Part shown: positions 36,801-47,423 of the stretch, one piece after another
How the letters are laid out: every line of letters begins with the position of its first letter
Numbering within the stretch: position 1 is the first letter of the stretch
Made by a program: the position numbers and the translations under genes
The notes under the pieces: model-generated
What the model was told of the DNA's origin: nothing
Databases searched by the model: none
What the model saw: the letters and a program-made list of their open reading frames with translations, nothing else
Source of the DNA: Paraspadella gotoi
Taxonomy: Eukaryota > Animalia > Chaetognatha
Direction: 5' to 3'
Length of the DNA stretch: 64,000 nucleotides
NCBI GenBank assembly: GCA_051294375.1
Contig: CM119263.1
Span: forward strand, 24,656,688-24,720,687

Positions 36801-39800
36801 CGGTACAAACATTTATTCAGCAATTCTTGGGAGTTTTTAAATTTTATTTTATTGCTGCATTTTGGGACTTTTGTTATTGTATTCAATATTGAGGGATATA
36901 TTTTTATATTATAAAAAAAATAAAATTTAAAAACTTAATGAATTATCATTTTTTTGACGATGATCCCAATAAACGTCGGTCGTCGTCGGCGTTCCAAATT
37001 ATAGATCGCTTTATTTTAAAAGTGTACAATTGTATAAAATTTGAAATTTAAACATGTATTCTCATTATCGATGTCCTCTAAAAACGACGTTATATCTCTG
37101 TTTGATCTACCGTGGATTCCTTTCACATTTAGTTAATACTTTAATATGATAGAATATAGTATAGGAAAAAAAAAATTGTAAATCACTCCCTGAAATTGTA
37201 TAATTTTTTTCCTTTTTTTTATTTAACTTTTTTTTCTTACTAGGAGAACTTGTCTCTTACTTTCTCTATATTTTCCCTTTACTTTCTATAGAAATTTTCT
37301 CTTCTGTCTGTACCCACTTCAACAAAATAGCAATTGTTTTTTTTTTAATTTTTATTATTTTAAATATTTTAAATTTTTTTTTTTTTTATCGGATCTGCTT
37401 ATCAGCAGATTCCGACTCTATAATTCAATCAGTCCCACCCCTAAATCTTGTTGGTAAATCATTATTCTCATATCAGCATATCAAATTATGATAAATTAGT
37501 TTAAAAAAATGTCTGTCTGTAATCCCTTCTTAGCATTAAACTCCAAATACTCATGATTGGATGGATGGATTGGAATGTGTGTGGGTAGGAAAGTGTGTGA
37601 TCGAGCTGGATATGAAGTTTCGTTGGAATCGTGCGAGTGGAAATGAGTTTAAATGGAAAAAACAAAAGTCATATTTACTTAGTATTTTTTCTTATATTCA
37701 CTCATAATTATTATATTTATTAAAAATTGGATAGATAAATAGAATTGAAATTTTGTGTGTGGGTATAAAATTTTATAATTAAGCTGGAAATAAATTTTTG
37801 ATGGAATCAGAGGGGTGGAAGTTTAAATTATAAAACCAAAAGATAATGACCAAATTATGCCAGTTGATAAAATTATGCCAGTTGACCAAATTACACCGGT
37901 TAACCAAATTATGCCATTATGCTTATTACCATTTAATTATCGTAGATACATTCGACATTGTTTGCTCAAACTTTTTTTATTTTTTAACAAATATTTATGT
38001 CTTAACCAAAGCATTTTAATCATATATCATAGCTTATTTATATATTGAAACAAAAATAATGTTTTTATTTATAAAATATTTTTTCAAGTACCAAAATTAT
38101 TTTATTGCTGCAGTAACAGTTCAGTTTAAGCCCTTAAAAGTGATTTACATGTATTGGTGTATTCTATTAAAACAAATTTTGCTTCAGCATCGAACTCATG
38201 ATGTTAAGCATCGCAGTCGCGAATGTAATCATTTTACCATCGCAAAACAGGTTTTTATCTCGTTTTTTTTTTAACTTATAATTTTTTGTCTTTTTTTGTT
38301 TTTCTTGTTTCTCTTTCGATTTTATTCTCGAATTTTGTATCGGTTTGTCCATCTGTCATTGGATTTTAATTTTTTTTTTATTGTATTTTTTTTGTATCAA
38401 ATTTGATTTTTTGTTTGTCATGGGTCCGGATTTTTTTATGCGATTGCGACGATCCTTATGCTTTTAAGTTTTTTATTTACGATATACATTTTCCCCCTTC
38501 AGATCAACGGCCGTTCTCAAATCACCTTGTGGGATTTTCTTGTGAAAAAATAAGTCGAAAGGTTTTTTCTTTTACGGTTTTTCATGTGTCCGCATGAAAG
38601 GATAAAAAGATTAGTTTGAAAAAAATATATTTCACGTTTTTGTGAGCAGCGTAGACCTATGGAGCGAACTCAATTAGTTATGAATCGTTTTGCTGAAGCG
38701 AGAACCCTTTCAAAGTCATTCCATCGTTAAGCAAACCAACCGAGGTTAGTTCAATATAATAAAAAAAATTTTTTTTTAATATATTCGATAAAAATCCCCA
38801 TGCATAGGGAAACCAATGGAAAAAAAATTTTTTCCCTTTCCTCTATCCTTTTCCTCATGGTATCCACTAGTCTGGATTCATTTCTCGATGGGGATTTACG
38901 TGATGAAAAACCAGAAAAACCTTCCCCTTTTGCCCTTTTTATATACCTCGTGATGGCGATTTCCGGGAAGAAAAAGCGAATGTTTCTGATTCTTCGTGGG
39001 CAAGGATTCTTGTAGGATTAAGCCAAGGACGTTTAAGATCTGAAAGGGAGATTGAGAGCGAGAATAAAAAATGAGGAGGGAATATCAAACGATTATCTTG
39101 AGAAAAAGGAGTTTACCGAAGCACTACCACTATATACTGAAAGTACATAAACTGCTTCAGTAATTCAGTTCTCACTTTATGGGATAGCCAGGTAAGTGGC
39201 CGCTAAAAACTACACCGCGTGCTAATTACCACTATCAGTATCATAGTGTCATACCCGGTACTTTCTCCCTCACTTCGCCTCTACAACTTTCGTCGTCTTT
39301 GCCCTTATTTCGTACTTGTACACACTTGTTTCGTGTTTTTTTATTCATGAAAATTTATTTATTTCACCTTTGTCTTTATTATTTTTTTTATTCCCTGTGG
39401 TCTCTTACTGCATCTTATTTCTAAGTTCTTTATTGCTCATAGTTATTCTTCTTAATGCATTACCTTGTCTGGATCGTGAAAGAGTATGTGATTCAGTAAA
39501 TGATTTTGTATCCAAAGCGATTCACCACAAAGAGAATTCGCCTCAATGGCTCGATAAAATTTGTTTTTATCTAATGAGTACCTGTAGGCAAAGGCAGAGC
39601 AACCTGTATTTAAAATTATTTTAATGCAAGATCTGTTGCGGATGCTTACTTTTTACTTAAATCCTGATAAACATTTTCCAAATATAGCCACAGTTGGGAC
39701 GTGTGTTTTCGCTTCGCTTTGACTTCCGTGAAAATTATGTACCAATCATCATTCGGCGTTACTTTGCTTTGTGACGATGACCTATATCGCGGAGGTTCGT

Positions 39801-42800
39801 ATGCGACGGCGTTTTCCACACTCTCAAAGCTGACGTCACTCATTGCAAAACTTAATCTATGGTTCTTTTCTCCAAACAGAAATTCGGTTGGAGTGTTTTC
39901 CTTTCTGTTATCTTCGTTCGTCAATCCTTCTAAGGTCTCCATACGGTGACGCATCCAGCACCCCGCAAGATCGTTCGAGCCTAGAAAGTATCGATGACAA
40001 AAATAAATAATAGCCGCAAAAGGAAGATTTATTGTAAGCCTAAGGATGTTCAGTGTTCACTAGAGTGGATCACTGGGGAACATAAATTTTATTTGAGTGA
40101 ACAAACAAGAATATTTATACGTGAGATGGTATGATTAAGGAGTACAAAAAATATATTGCTTATATTGTTTGGGGAACAGTATCATTAATTATAATATGTT
40201 TATAGTAATATCCTTATAAAATTATAAATTTTTAAAATAATTTAATAAAAAATTTTTATTAAAGATTGTGATTTTTCATAATAAGTTAGATCCAAAATAT
40301 ATATACATTAACATACTATTAATTATTTAACTTATTATTTAATTAATTATTTAACTTATTGAAATTATTTACAATTTATAAATTATTATAAAACCTTAAT
40401 AAATTTTTTAAAAATTAATAATGCTGTGATGCCAGGGCTTTGTTTTGTTTAAGATAAACATTCAAAATATACCTTTAAAATATAAGATAAGCAACAATGA
40501 AGGATCACCATTTGGTTATGGCTCGCTTATACCTGGATATTGAGATTAAAGAGCCGAAATCCATGAAGGGTATAGGTTCTTAACTGATGACCTTCCCATT
40601 GTTTCAACATAAAAGATAATTGAAACTAAAGACAAAGTCTTGATACAGCAACGATTTTATTTTATTGTACAGACAAGTTTCGGCTTTCATTCAAGCCTTC
40701 ATCAGTGCTTTGACAATTCACAATTTTCATGTTTTCCAAATTAACTTTGGAAGAGAGAGAGAGAGAGAGAGAAAGAGAAATAGAGAGAGAAGAAATTGTT
40801 GACCCGGGGGGGGCCAGCTCATTTTGAGCTTTTTCTTTTTCTTATTTTTCTCTAACTCTTTCACTTACCTTTCCCTCAACATCTTTATTTCAATTTCATC
40901 TAAACTTCACTCCTTTATTAATTAATTTATCTAAATTAATTTAAATAATTTAGTTTGTTTAAGTCTGTCTACTTATTTATTAAATTTATCATTGTTGTAA
41001 ATTTTTTAATGTAACTCTTCTTACCAAATGTTAACCTCTGCTTCTCTGTCTCTCTCTCCCTCATTCACAAATTTAATTTCTTTTCCCTCACATTCTCTCT
41101 CTCTCTCTCTCTACTAACTTAAACCTGTCCTCACATTTCACCACTGTCCTGTCTCATATCTTTGTTGGCCATTTCTTCTCTCTCTATTTCTCTTTCTCTC
41201 TCTCTCTCTTCCAAAGTTAATTTGGAAAACATGAAAATTGTGAATTGTCAAAGCACTGATGAAGGCTTGAATGAAAGCCGAAACTTGTCTGTACAATAAA
41301 ATAAAATCGTTGCTGTATCAAGACTTTGTCTTTAGTTTCAATTATCTAAAACACAACGAAAGAAAGTTTAATCACAATAACATAAAAGATAAAAAATATT
41401 CAAAAAAGAAATAATTAAAAAGTAGGATAAAAAAATAATTTTCATTAAAGTATTTTAAAATTATATTTATGACATAAAATTGGTCCCCCTTCAAAAAATT
41501 ATCCATTCCCACCCCTTTCTGTTCAGCCTTAGATATTATGATTTTTCATTAATAATTTTCTAACAGAAATGATGTGTGATATATATTAAAAAATTAGGAC
41601 AGATAGTAATCTAACCTTGTGTTGTATAGGTGCTCCCTTTATTTCCAGAAGACAATACTTACTTCCCCTTCCCAAATTAAATTATTAGATAAAACATTAA
41701 AAAAAAAACAATATATATTTGATTAAATAATATAGATAAATATTTTTATGAAGGATTTAGTATTTAAAATATAAAAATAGATAATAGTGAAAAAAATAAT
41801 TTGCAATTTTTTATAATATGTTTTTAAAAATTTGAATGTTTTTAGCTTCAAAAATGGAAAAAAGGTCAAATTCACTACTTTTTTACGCTTTGTAGTAGAA
41901 ACTATTATATGATAAAACGTTTTGGTCATTTTTTGCAGCTTTAACCTTAAAATATCATGTAACATATTTTACAAAAGTTTTTAAGTTTATTCCGGTGAAT
42001 CCGAAACTGTTCTTAAAATTAAAAAAATATGATTTTGAAATTTTACTAAAGATACTGTTATACAATTTTTTTTTTAAAAAGGGTTTAATTTTTTTAATTA
42101 TTAAAAAAACATTGCTCCATCGCTCAATCTTTTCATCACTCCACTCTAGTGTTCATGGATCAGATTTATTTTTGTTTTCTCATTTACAAAATGAAACTTA
42201 TTTTCCAATTTATTTGAAAAACACGAATTAATAAATATATTACGTGTTTTTTTTAATTTTGTGTCAAAAATACAGGGTTCGCGCGCTCTTTTGGGAATAA
42301 ATTTGGGTTTTTATTACCTGAAAACCGTTATGTAGATTAAAACCGATGACATTTATGGAAACCCTTGGTCTTAGCTTTCAGTCGATACTCAAAAAGTAAA
42401 AAAATATTTATAGAAAAATAGCCTAATTAAACTTTTAACATGACACGTCGTTTTTTTTCCCGCGCTTATAGAAGATTAATTCGGCTTAGTTAAACTTTGC
42501 ACCCATGTAAGTTGGTTATAAATCATGATAATTTAAATTTAAAAACATTTTTTGGAAATACGCTTGATCTAGTAGGCTATCAGTTGATAACTAAAATGCT
42601 ATAAAATTAGCTTCGTTAATGTTTTTGTCGAGTCATTTTTTCAAGGTTTTTAAAAGGTAAGTTATCTGGGACTGACCTCATGGAAAAAATACATCTTAGA
42701 GAAAAAATAACAACTAAAAATTCCTATCCTCTCATCTAGTTTTGAGTAGATGAAACTATTTTTTCGACCCGACCCATGCACCTTGGCCATTTCTGCAGTT

Positions 42801-45800
42801 AACGATGTGAAGATGATATGATTGATTTTGGCTCATTTTATTCTTTGATAGTGCTTCTATATTATTTCCGGTTCCATTTTTTCTTGACGCCGCAGAAATA
42901 GAATGCCCTGCGTTTAGAGTCTGCGAGATATTCTCGAGTTCGCTTGTCCAAATCGTAAACTGTCGCAGAAGCTTATATACTTGGCTCTTGACAATTTGGG
43001 TTTTTCTCTGCAGAAATGGTTATAATTAAAATATATAAAAAGTATAATTGTACATTCAACTTGGGCTTGGAACCAGGAGTTATGTGGGGAAGGTTGCAAT
43101 TAAACCCGTTACCCAGTGGTCGAGATCTGATGTCTTTACTCGGGAATCATATTGATATTCATATTTTTAATAGCGGGGTGAAACTACTACATCTATAATC
43201 TATTATGAGACTTACGTTTAACTCTTCCTCGTTACATTCGTCGCTGTGTGTTGCTACAAGCTCAAGATGGTGATTTGGGTAAGCACTTATTGCTCTCTCA
43301 ATCCATTTTCCTAATACGTTATCAAACTCCGCGGGTTCAAAAGTTGAAAGATCAAAGCAGATTGCTATAATAACTTTTCGATAAGGTTTTGCTATGGACT
43401 CTTCTGTGATAATGTTGCAAATGGCATGGTTAGCCACTTGGGTGTCTTCGACATCCATTAGTTGAAAGCGAACGAATTCGAAAGGCCTCCAAACACGGCG
43501 TGTCGCCACTGGTGCCTTCACGTCCAGGCGCAAAGAATTGTGACTGAAAATAGGAAAATCGAAAAGAGTATTAAATAATTAACTGACTTCATTATTTATA
43601 TATCATGCGTCAATTATTACTTTTTTACCTAAAAATGCCAGAAACGCTCGTCTTTCCAGCGCCTTTATTACCCAAAATGATAACATTAGTGGTTTCAGCA
43701 ATGGAGTCGGCTCTGTCTTTTGTCTCCATTGCATAAGCAAATATTCCAGGAATCCCAACACGACGAACAAATTCGGACGAAGGTCTTGTAAGTGGATTTC
43801 CTTCCAGGCGAAAAAAGCGAAGGCCTACCATACGATATATAAGGCAAGGGATGATGGTGATGCAGTTGTCTTGGAGGTCGAGTTTTTTTAGCCAAATAAC
43901 ATTACATAACGAAATTGGAAAAACTCCTATATAATTACATGACACATTTAATATCTCCAGCTTGTTAACGTTTATTATGTTATCGGGTATTGATGTAATT
44001 CTGTTGTAGCTCAAATCCAGGATTTGTAGTTGGTGACATTTACTGATATCCGGAAACTCTATCAGGCTATTGTGCGAGAGTATCAGTCTACGAAGCTGAG
44101 TCATGCAGAAAATGCCTTCCGTCGATTCAATATGATTGTACGAAAGGTTCAAGTCTAACACAGCCGTTAATGGTGACAGATTTATTATTCCCCTCAATAT
44201 ATTATGCGAAAAATCAAAAGAAATTAACGAATTAGACGATAGATTTGGCATGTTGCAAAATTGATTGTGAGTGGCGTAAAATGTTCTCAAATTTTTGGCC
44301 TGAGAAATATCTGGTATTACTGTCATGGCGTTGAAGGAGATATTCAATAGTTCCAAAGAATGAGAAACTATTCTTTTCGGCATTTTTGAATATTGGTTTT
44401 TGGACAAATCAAGGATGATGATCTCAGTAGAGTGGGAGAATTCTTCAAATTGTTGTCGGAGATCAGAATTTTGAAGTTTAACAATTTTTAGCGATGATAT
44501 TGGAAGATGGATAAAAGATTCTTTAACAGGAATGTTGCTACAACTTAAGTTAATTTCCTTTAACCTTGGAAGGTTTTTCACTATGAATCTTTGTTGAACG
44601 GAAACGAATTTAGCATTTAACGTGATCAGATTTGGTAAATCTTGAATATCTAAGATTTCTGGTGAAATATGATCACAACTTATATGCTCCAAACTTTTCA
44701 TTTTTCTCAGAACAACTTTGATAAGCGGATTGTGTCCGACATCTAATGATTCTAGTTTTGATGCCATGGCAACATTGTCATTATCTACTTCTCGTATTGA
44801 ATTGTAAGAAATGTCGCAGATCGCTAATCGACTTAATTGCTCAAAATATGGCTGAGATCGTAATTCATTGTGTGAGGCATTAAGTTCCATCAGACTAATA
44901 GGTAATATCTCGGAGGGTAACAGCTGAATGTTGTTGCCAGAAATGTCAAGGTATTGGAGGGAGAATTGAGGCAGCGAAGGCACATGAGTCAATTGGTTAT
45001 TAGATAGATTTAGTTGACGTAGATAAGAAAGGGAAGACAAACTGTTTAAACTTTGAACACTGTTGTTTGCAAGATTTAATTCTTCCAAAAGCGTGATGGA
45101 GGAAAGAACTAGAAGACAACCTCCAATTAAATTTAAAGACATATCTAATTTTTGAAGATTAGGGAACAGCTCTCCCGAAACTACAGACCTCAAATAATTC
45201 TTGCTTAAGATCAGCTGTCTCATGGTTGATATACCATTTTGTTGGACCTGTTCTATATGGTTGTTTCTGGCATTTAATGAAAGCAAACAACTAAATTCAC
45301 TCAAATGGGATAAAGCCGTGATAATGTTGCTCGAAACATCTAGATAATTTAGAGTTTTACTATATACACTGAGACTGTTAGGGATTTTTTTCAAAAGATT
45401 ACTTGAGCAGTTGAGCCATTTAAGATTGGGAAGAGGCGAGTAAATGCCTTTTAGATGATTGTTAGAAAGGTCGAGATGAACTAAAGAAAGAGGCAGTTGA
45501 GGAACTTCTGAGAGATTGTTGCATGAGAGATCCAGCATGATAAGGTTATCAAGTCCCGAAAGATTCAGGGATTTGAAAGTTGATAATTTTGAATTGCTTA
45601 GTTTGAGGGTGGTTAGTGGAAGATGCAAGTATTGACCAAGTGAAGTCAAAGGAGTGGATGAAAGATCTAAATGGCGTAAATGCAGGCAGCATTCTAATCC
45701 ATCAAAATAGCGAAAGCTTGTGTTGGATACATTCAAACTTTGATAATTATTTAATTGCCCTATGTCCGTAAAGTATTCAAAATCGTTAAACCACACTTTG

Positions 45801-47039
45801 ACTACTTTTAAATTATCAGCTTCTTCAACAAAGTCAGCAATGAAGCTTTCGGGCTTGCATATTTCTTTCGGGGAGCCCACTTGCCAGTTATTGATCTCCA
45901 AGAAATTTCCCTCAATAAAAAAGCTTTTTAAATGCTTCATTGGTAGGTCTTTAGGAAAAAAGCTGATGTTGTTTCTAGAAATGTCTAGTAATTTTAATTT
46001 GGCCTCATGATGAAATACTGGCAGTTCTTCCATCAAATTCCAACTCAGATCTACCTCGGATAATTTGGACATGTTTGAAAAGTCAGGTACATTGTCAATT
46101 GCGTTGTGAGACAAGAAAATGGTCACCATATTGTCCGGAAGAGTAGGAACTCGCGTCAATTGGTTCCAACTTGCGCAGAGTTTTTGAAGGCGAGTTAATT
46201 CTTTCAATGGGGGGAGTTGCTTCAATCGATTTCCAGTTACAATCAAGTGTTCAAGGTGGTATAATTTGGAGACGCTTTCTATACCATCGACAAAACGATT
46301 AAATGAAATGTCTAGGACCAGGACCCCTGCTGGAAGAGATGGCAAAGAGAAGTAGTCAAAACAGTTGTGGGATAGAAATAGATGAGTCAGTTGGCGTAAT
46401 CGCGTAAAGTTAGGAACGCCGCCCTGGAAATAAAGAAAAGACATTGCGGATGTTTGTTTGCTAACATTTTATTCACTGTCCATTGGTGAATCACACTAAA
46501 TCAATATTAACTAGCTTTTAATTAATAAAATAATATCTACAAAATTAATTTATAGAATTTTATTTTAAGAATTAACTATAATTAAGAAAAAAACAATTAT
46601 TGTTAATTTGAAAGTATTTTTTTTTTCAATTATCATTGCGACACAAAAAAATTATACGAAAAAAATGGGATCTTTTTCTAAATAGGCGTCATAATGCTAA
46701 TATTAATTTTGGGGAAATCCGTTTTTGTCCAATAAATTTAACGATTTATCAAATTTTTTAAAAGTAAGTCGATTCAACTTTTTCATTCACCTGAAAAGCA
46801 TTGTTAGCGAGATTCAGTGTGGATATACGCGTCAGGATTAAATCTGGTATCGTGTTTGGGATATTTATTTCCGAGATACCCTGCCGGCTAAGGTTAAGGC
46901 TCTGTCGCGTATTTGAGGTTTCTTCCCTACCCTCTTCGTTAGACCCACAGTAGGAACGCTCGCTTCCGCCCCCCTTTTTATCGGATTCGTCGTCGTCTTC
47001 CTCATACTCCCGCCTTTTCCTTTCTACGTTTTCATCCAT
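24892..47039 (-). CDS. Roco-family protein (LRR-Roc-COR, MFHAS1/MASL1-like) with extra C-terminal TIR-like region, ~2,095 aa, ~21 exons
   Basis: Minus-strand exons, all phase-compatible: 47039-46791, 46423-43629, 43543-43216, 43007-42782, 39980-39650, 39581-39464, 39039-38947, 33135-32918, 32259-31929, 31866-31743, 31670-31535, [27648-27507, 27385-27225, 27153-27117, 27031-26969, 26801-26713; less certain], 26235-26117, 25891-25724, 25619-25472, 25404-25238, 25136-24892. LxxLxLxxN repeats; P-loop GNKGAGKTS; G4 VATHSD; G5-like VNCRNGQG; COR-like ILFHDPDK, WRRDWSN, IVLVVRG..W..LPG; IMCAECEVVSLKWIHPP resembles the MFHAS1 C-terminus. Confidence 0.85.
28175..28925 (+). pseudogene. Decayed 3' fragment of a non-LTR retrotransposon reverse transcriptase
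   Basis: SDYFSIVSGVRQGGILSPYLWAVYVDDL..LRKSGFGC..IFYANDI (YADD changed to YAND), WKYLG, YTNCVTILTYGSEV; internal stops and frameshifts. Confidence 0.9.
29266..29307 (+). ncRNA. Minimal type I hammerhead ribozyme motif
   Basis: AACG CTGATGA A GGCTT gaaatg AAGCC GAAA CATG TC|TGTT; stem I AACG/TGTT. Confidence 0.82.
29538..30580 (+). mobile_element. Helentron/DINE-1-like element, family B (both ends present)
   Basis: 5' palindrome atcgtcgcaatcgctaagcgtttgcgacgat, 3' repeat ttgcgacgat + ccttatgcttttaag, T-run flanks; further pieces at ~36975-37080 and ~38395-38470. Confidence 0.72.
30292..30440. repeat. 19-bp pyrimidine-rich minisatellite (TTCTATTCTTTCTTTCCTT)
   Basis: Direct reading, inside the family B element. 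Confidence 0.9.
34109..38730 (+). CDS. Putative orphan protein (~348 aa), nested antisense in a Roco intron
   Basis: GC-richer segments bounded by AG/GT splice into one open frame: 34109-34302, 34375-34705, 34866-34943, 35027-35060, 35134-35204, 35489-35548, 35684-35705, 36686-36802, 38503-38561, 38650-38730 (1047 nt, ends TAA). No recognised domain. Confidence 0.55.
35985..36160. mobile_element. MITE-like element with internal TTAGGG-like repeats
   Basis: ctttcgctgaccg (35997) and cggtcagcgaaag (36146) are inverted and enclose degenerate (GGGTTA)n at 36009-36082. Confidence 0.6.
37385..37980 (+). mobile_element. Helentron/DINE-1-like element, family A
   Basis: Same termini and 18-bp internal repeat at 37850-37915. 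Confidence 0.7.
40669..40708 (-). ncRNA. Minimal type I hammerhead ribozyme motif (left arm of inverted pair)
   Basis: Minus strand GCA CTGATGA A GGCTT gaatga AAGCC GAAA CTTG TC|TGT. Confidence 0.8.
41253..41292 (+). ncRNA. Minimal type I hammerhead ribozyme motif (right arm of inverted pair)
   Basis: GCA CTGATGA A GGCTT gaatga AAGCC GAAA CTTG TC|TGT, identical to the minus-strand copy at 40669-40708. Confidence 0.8.
43629..46423 (-). CDS. Single 2.8-kb exon encoding roughly 35-40 leucine-rich repeats plus the Roc P-loop (part of the Roco gene)
   Basis: 939-aa ORF with continuous LxxLxLSxNxL repeats, ending in LEGNPL (LRR cap) and IILGNKGAGKTS; bounded by cag acceptor and gtaaa donor. Confidence 0.93.
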
Positions 47040-47384
47040 CTCCCTCTCGCCCGGCTCGTCCACTTGCCCTTCAACGGCAAACGCAGTTCTTTACGATTTT
47101 TCTTTTTTCGATTTTTTCTTCGTCGTCGCTGCACGGTTACGCCCGGGTTGTTTTTTTTTTTGCTTCGTCACCTTCGGGCGCTATCGCTCCATGGGTTTCT
47201 CTCCTCCTTTCTTCATTTCCGTTTCTTTTAATGTGACTAGAAATTCACCAGACGCTTCGTTTTGTACTTTTTCGTTGATTTTCCATGATTCTTAGACTTA
47301 GTTACTATTTTTACTTTAGGGAAAAAAACAGTTTTGATTTGTTTTTACAACGAATTGTAAACGAATTGTATTGAGTTTAATAGT

Positions 47385-47423
47385 CGGACATGTTTCGACT
47401 CTTGTAGTTAGTCTTCATCAGCG
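47385..47423 (-). ncRNA. Minimal type I hammerhead ribozyme motif upstream of the Roco start codon
   Basis: Minus strand CG CTGATGA A GACT aactacaag AGTC GAAA CATG TC|CG. Confidence 0.75.

Larger units (their letters stand above)
40606..41392 (+). mobile_element. Non-autonomous Penelope-like element with inverted pseudo-LTRs, tail and target-site duplication
   Basis: ~180-bp near-perfect inverted repeats (40614-40796 / 41171-41347), each with a hammerhead; ~31-nt tail; direct repeat AACATAAAAGATAA at 40606-40619 and 41379-41392. Confidence 0.8.
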
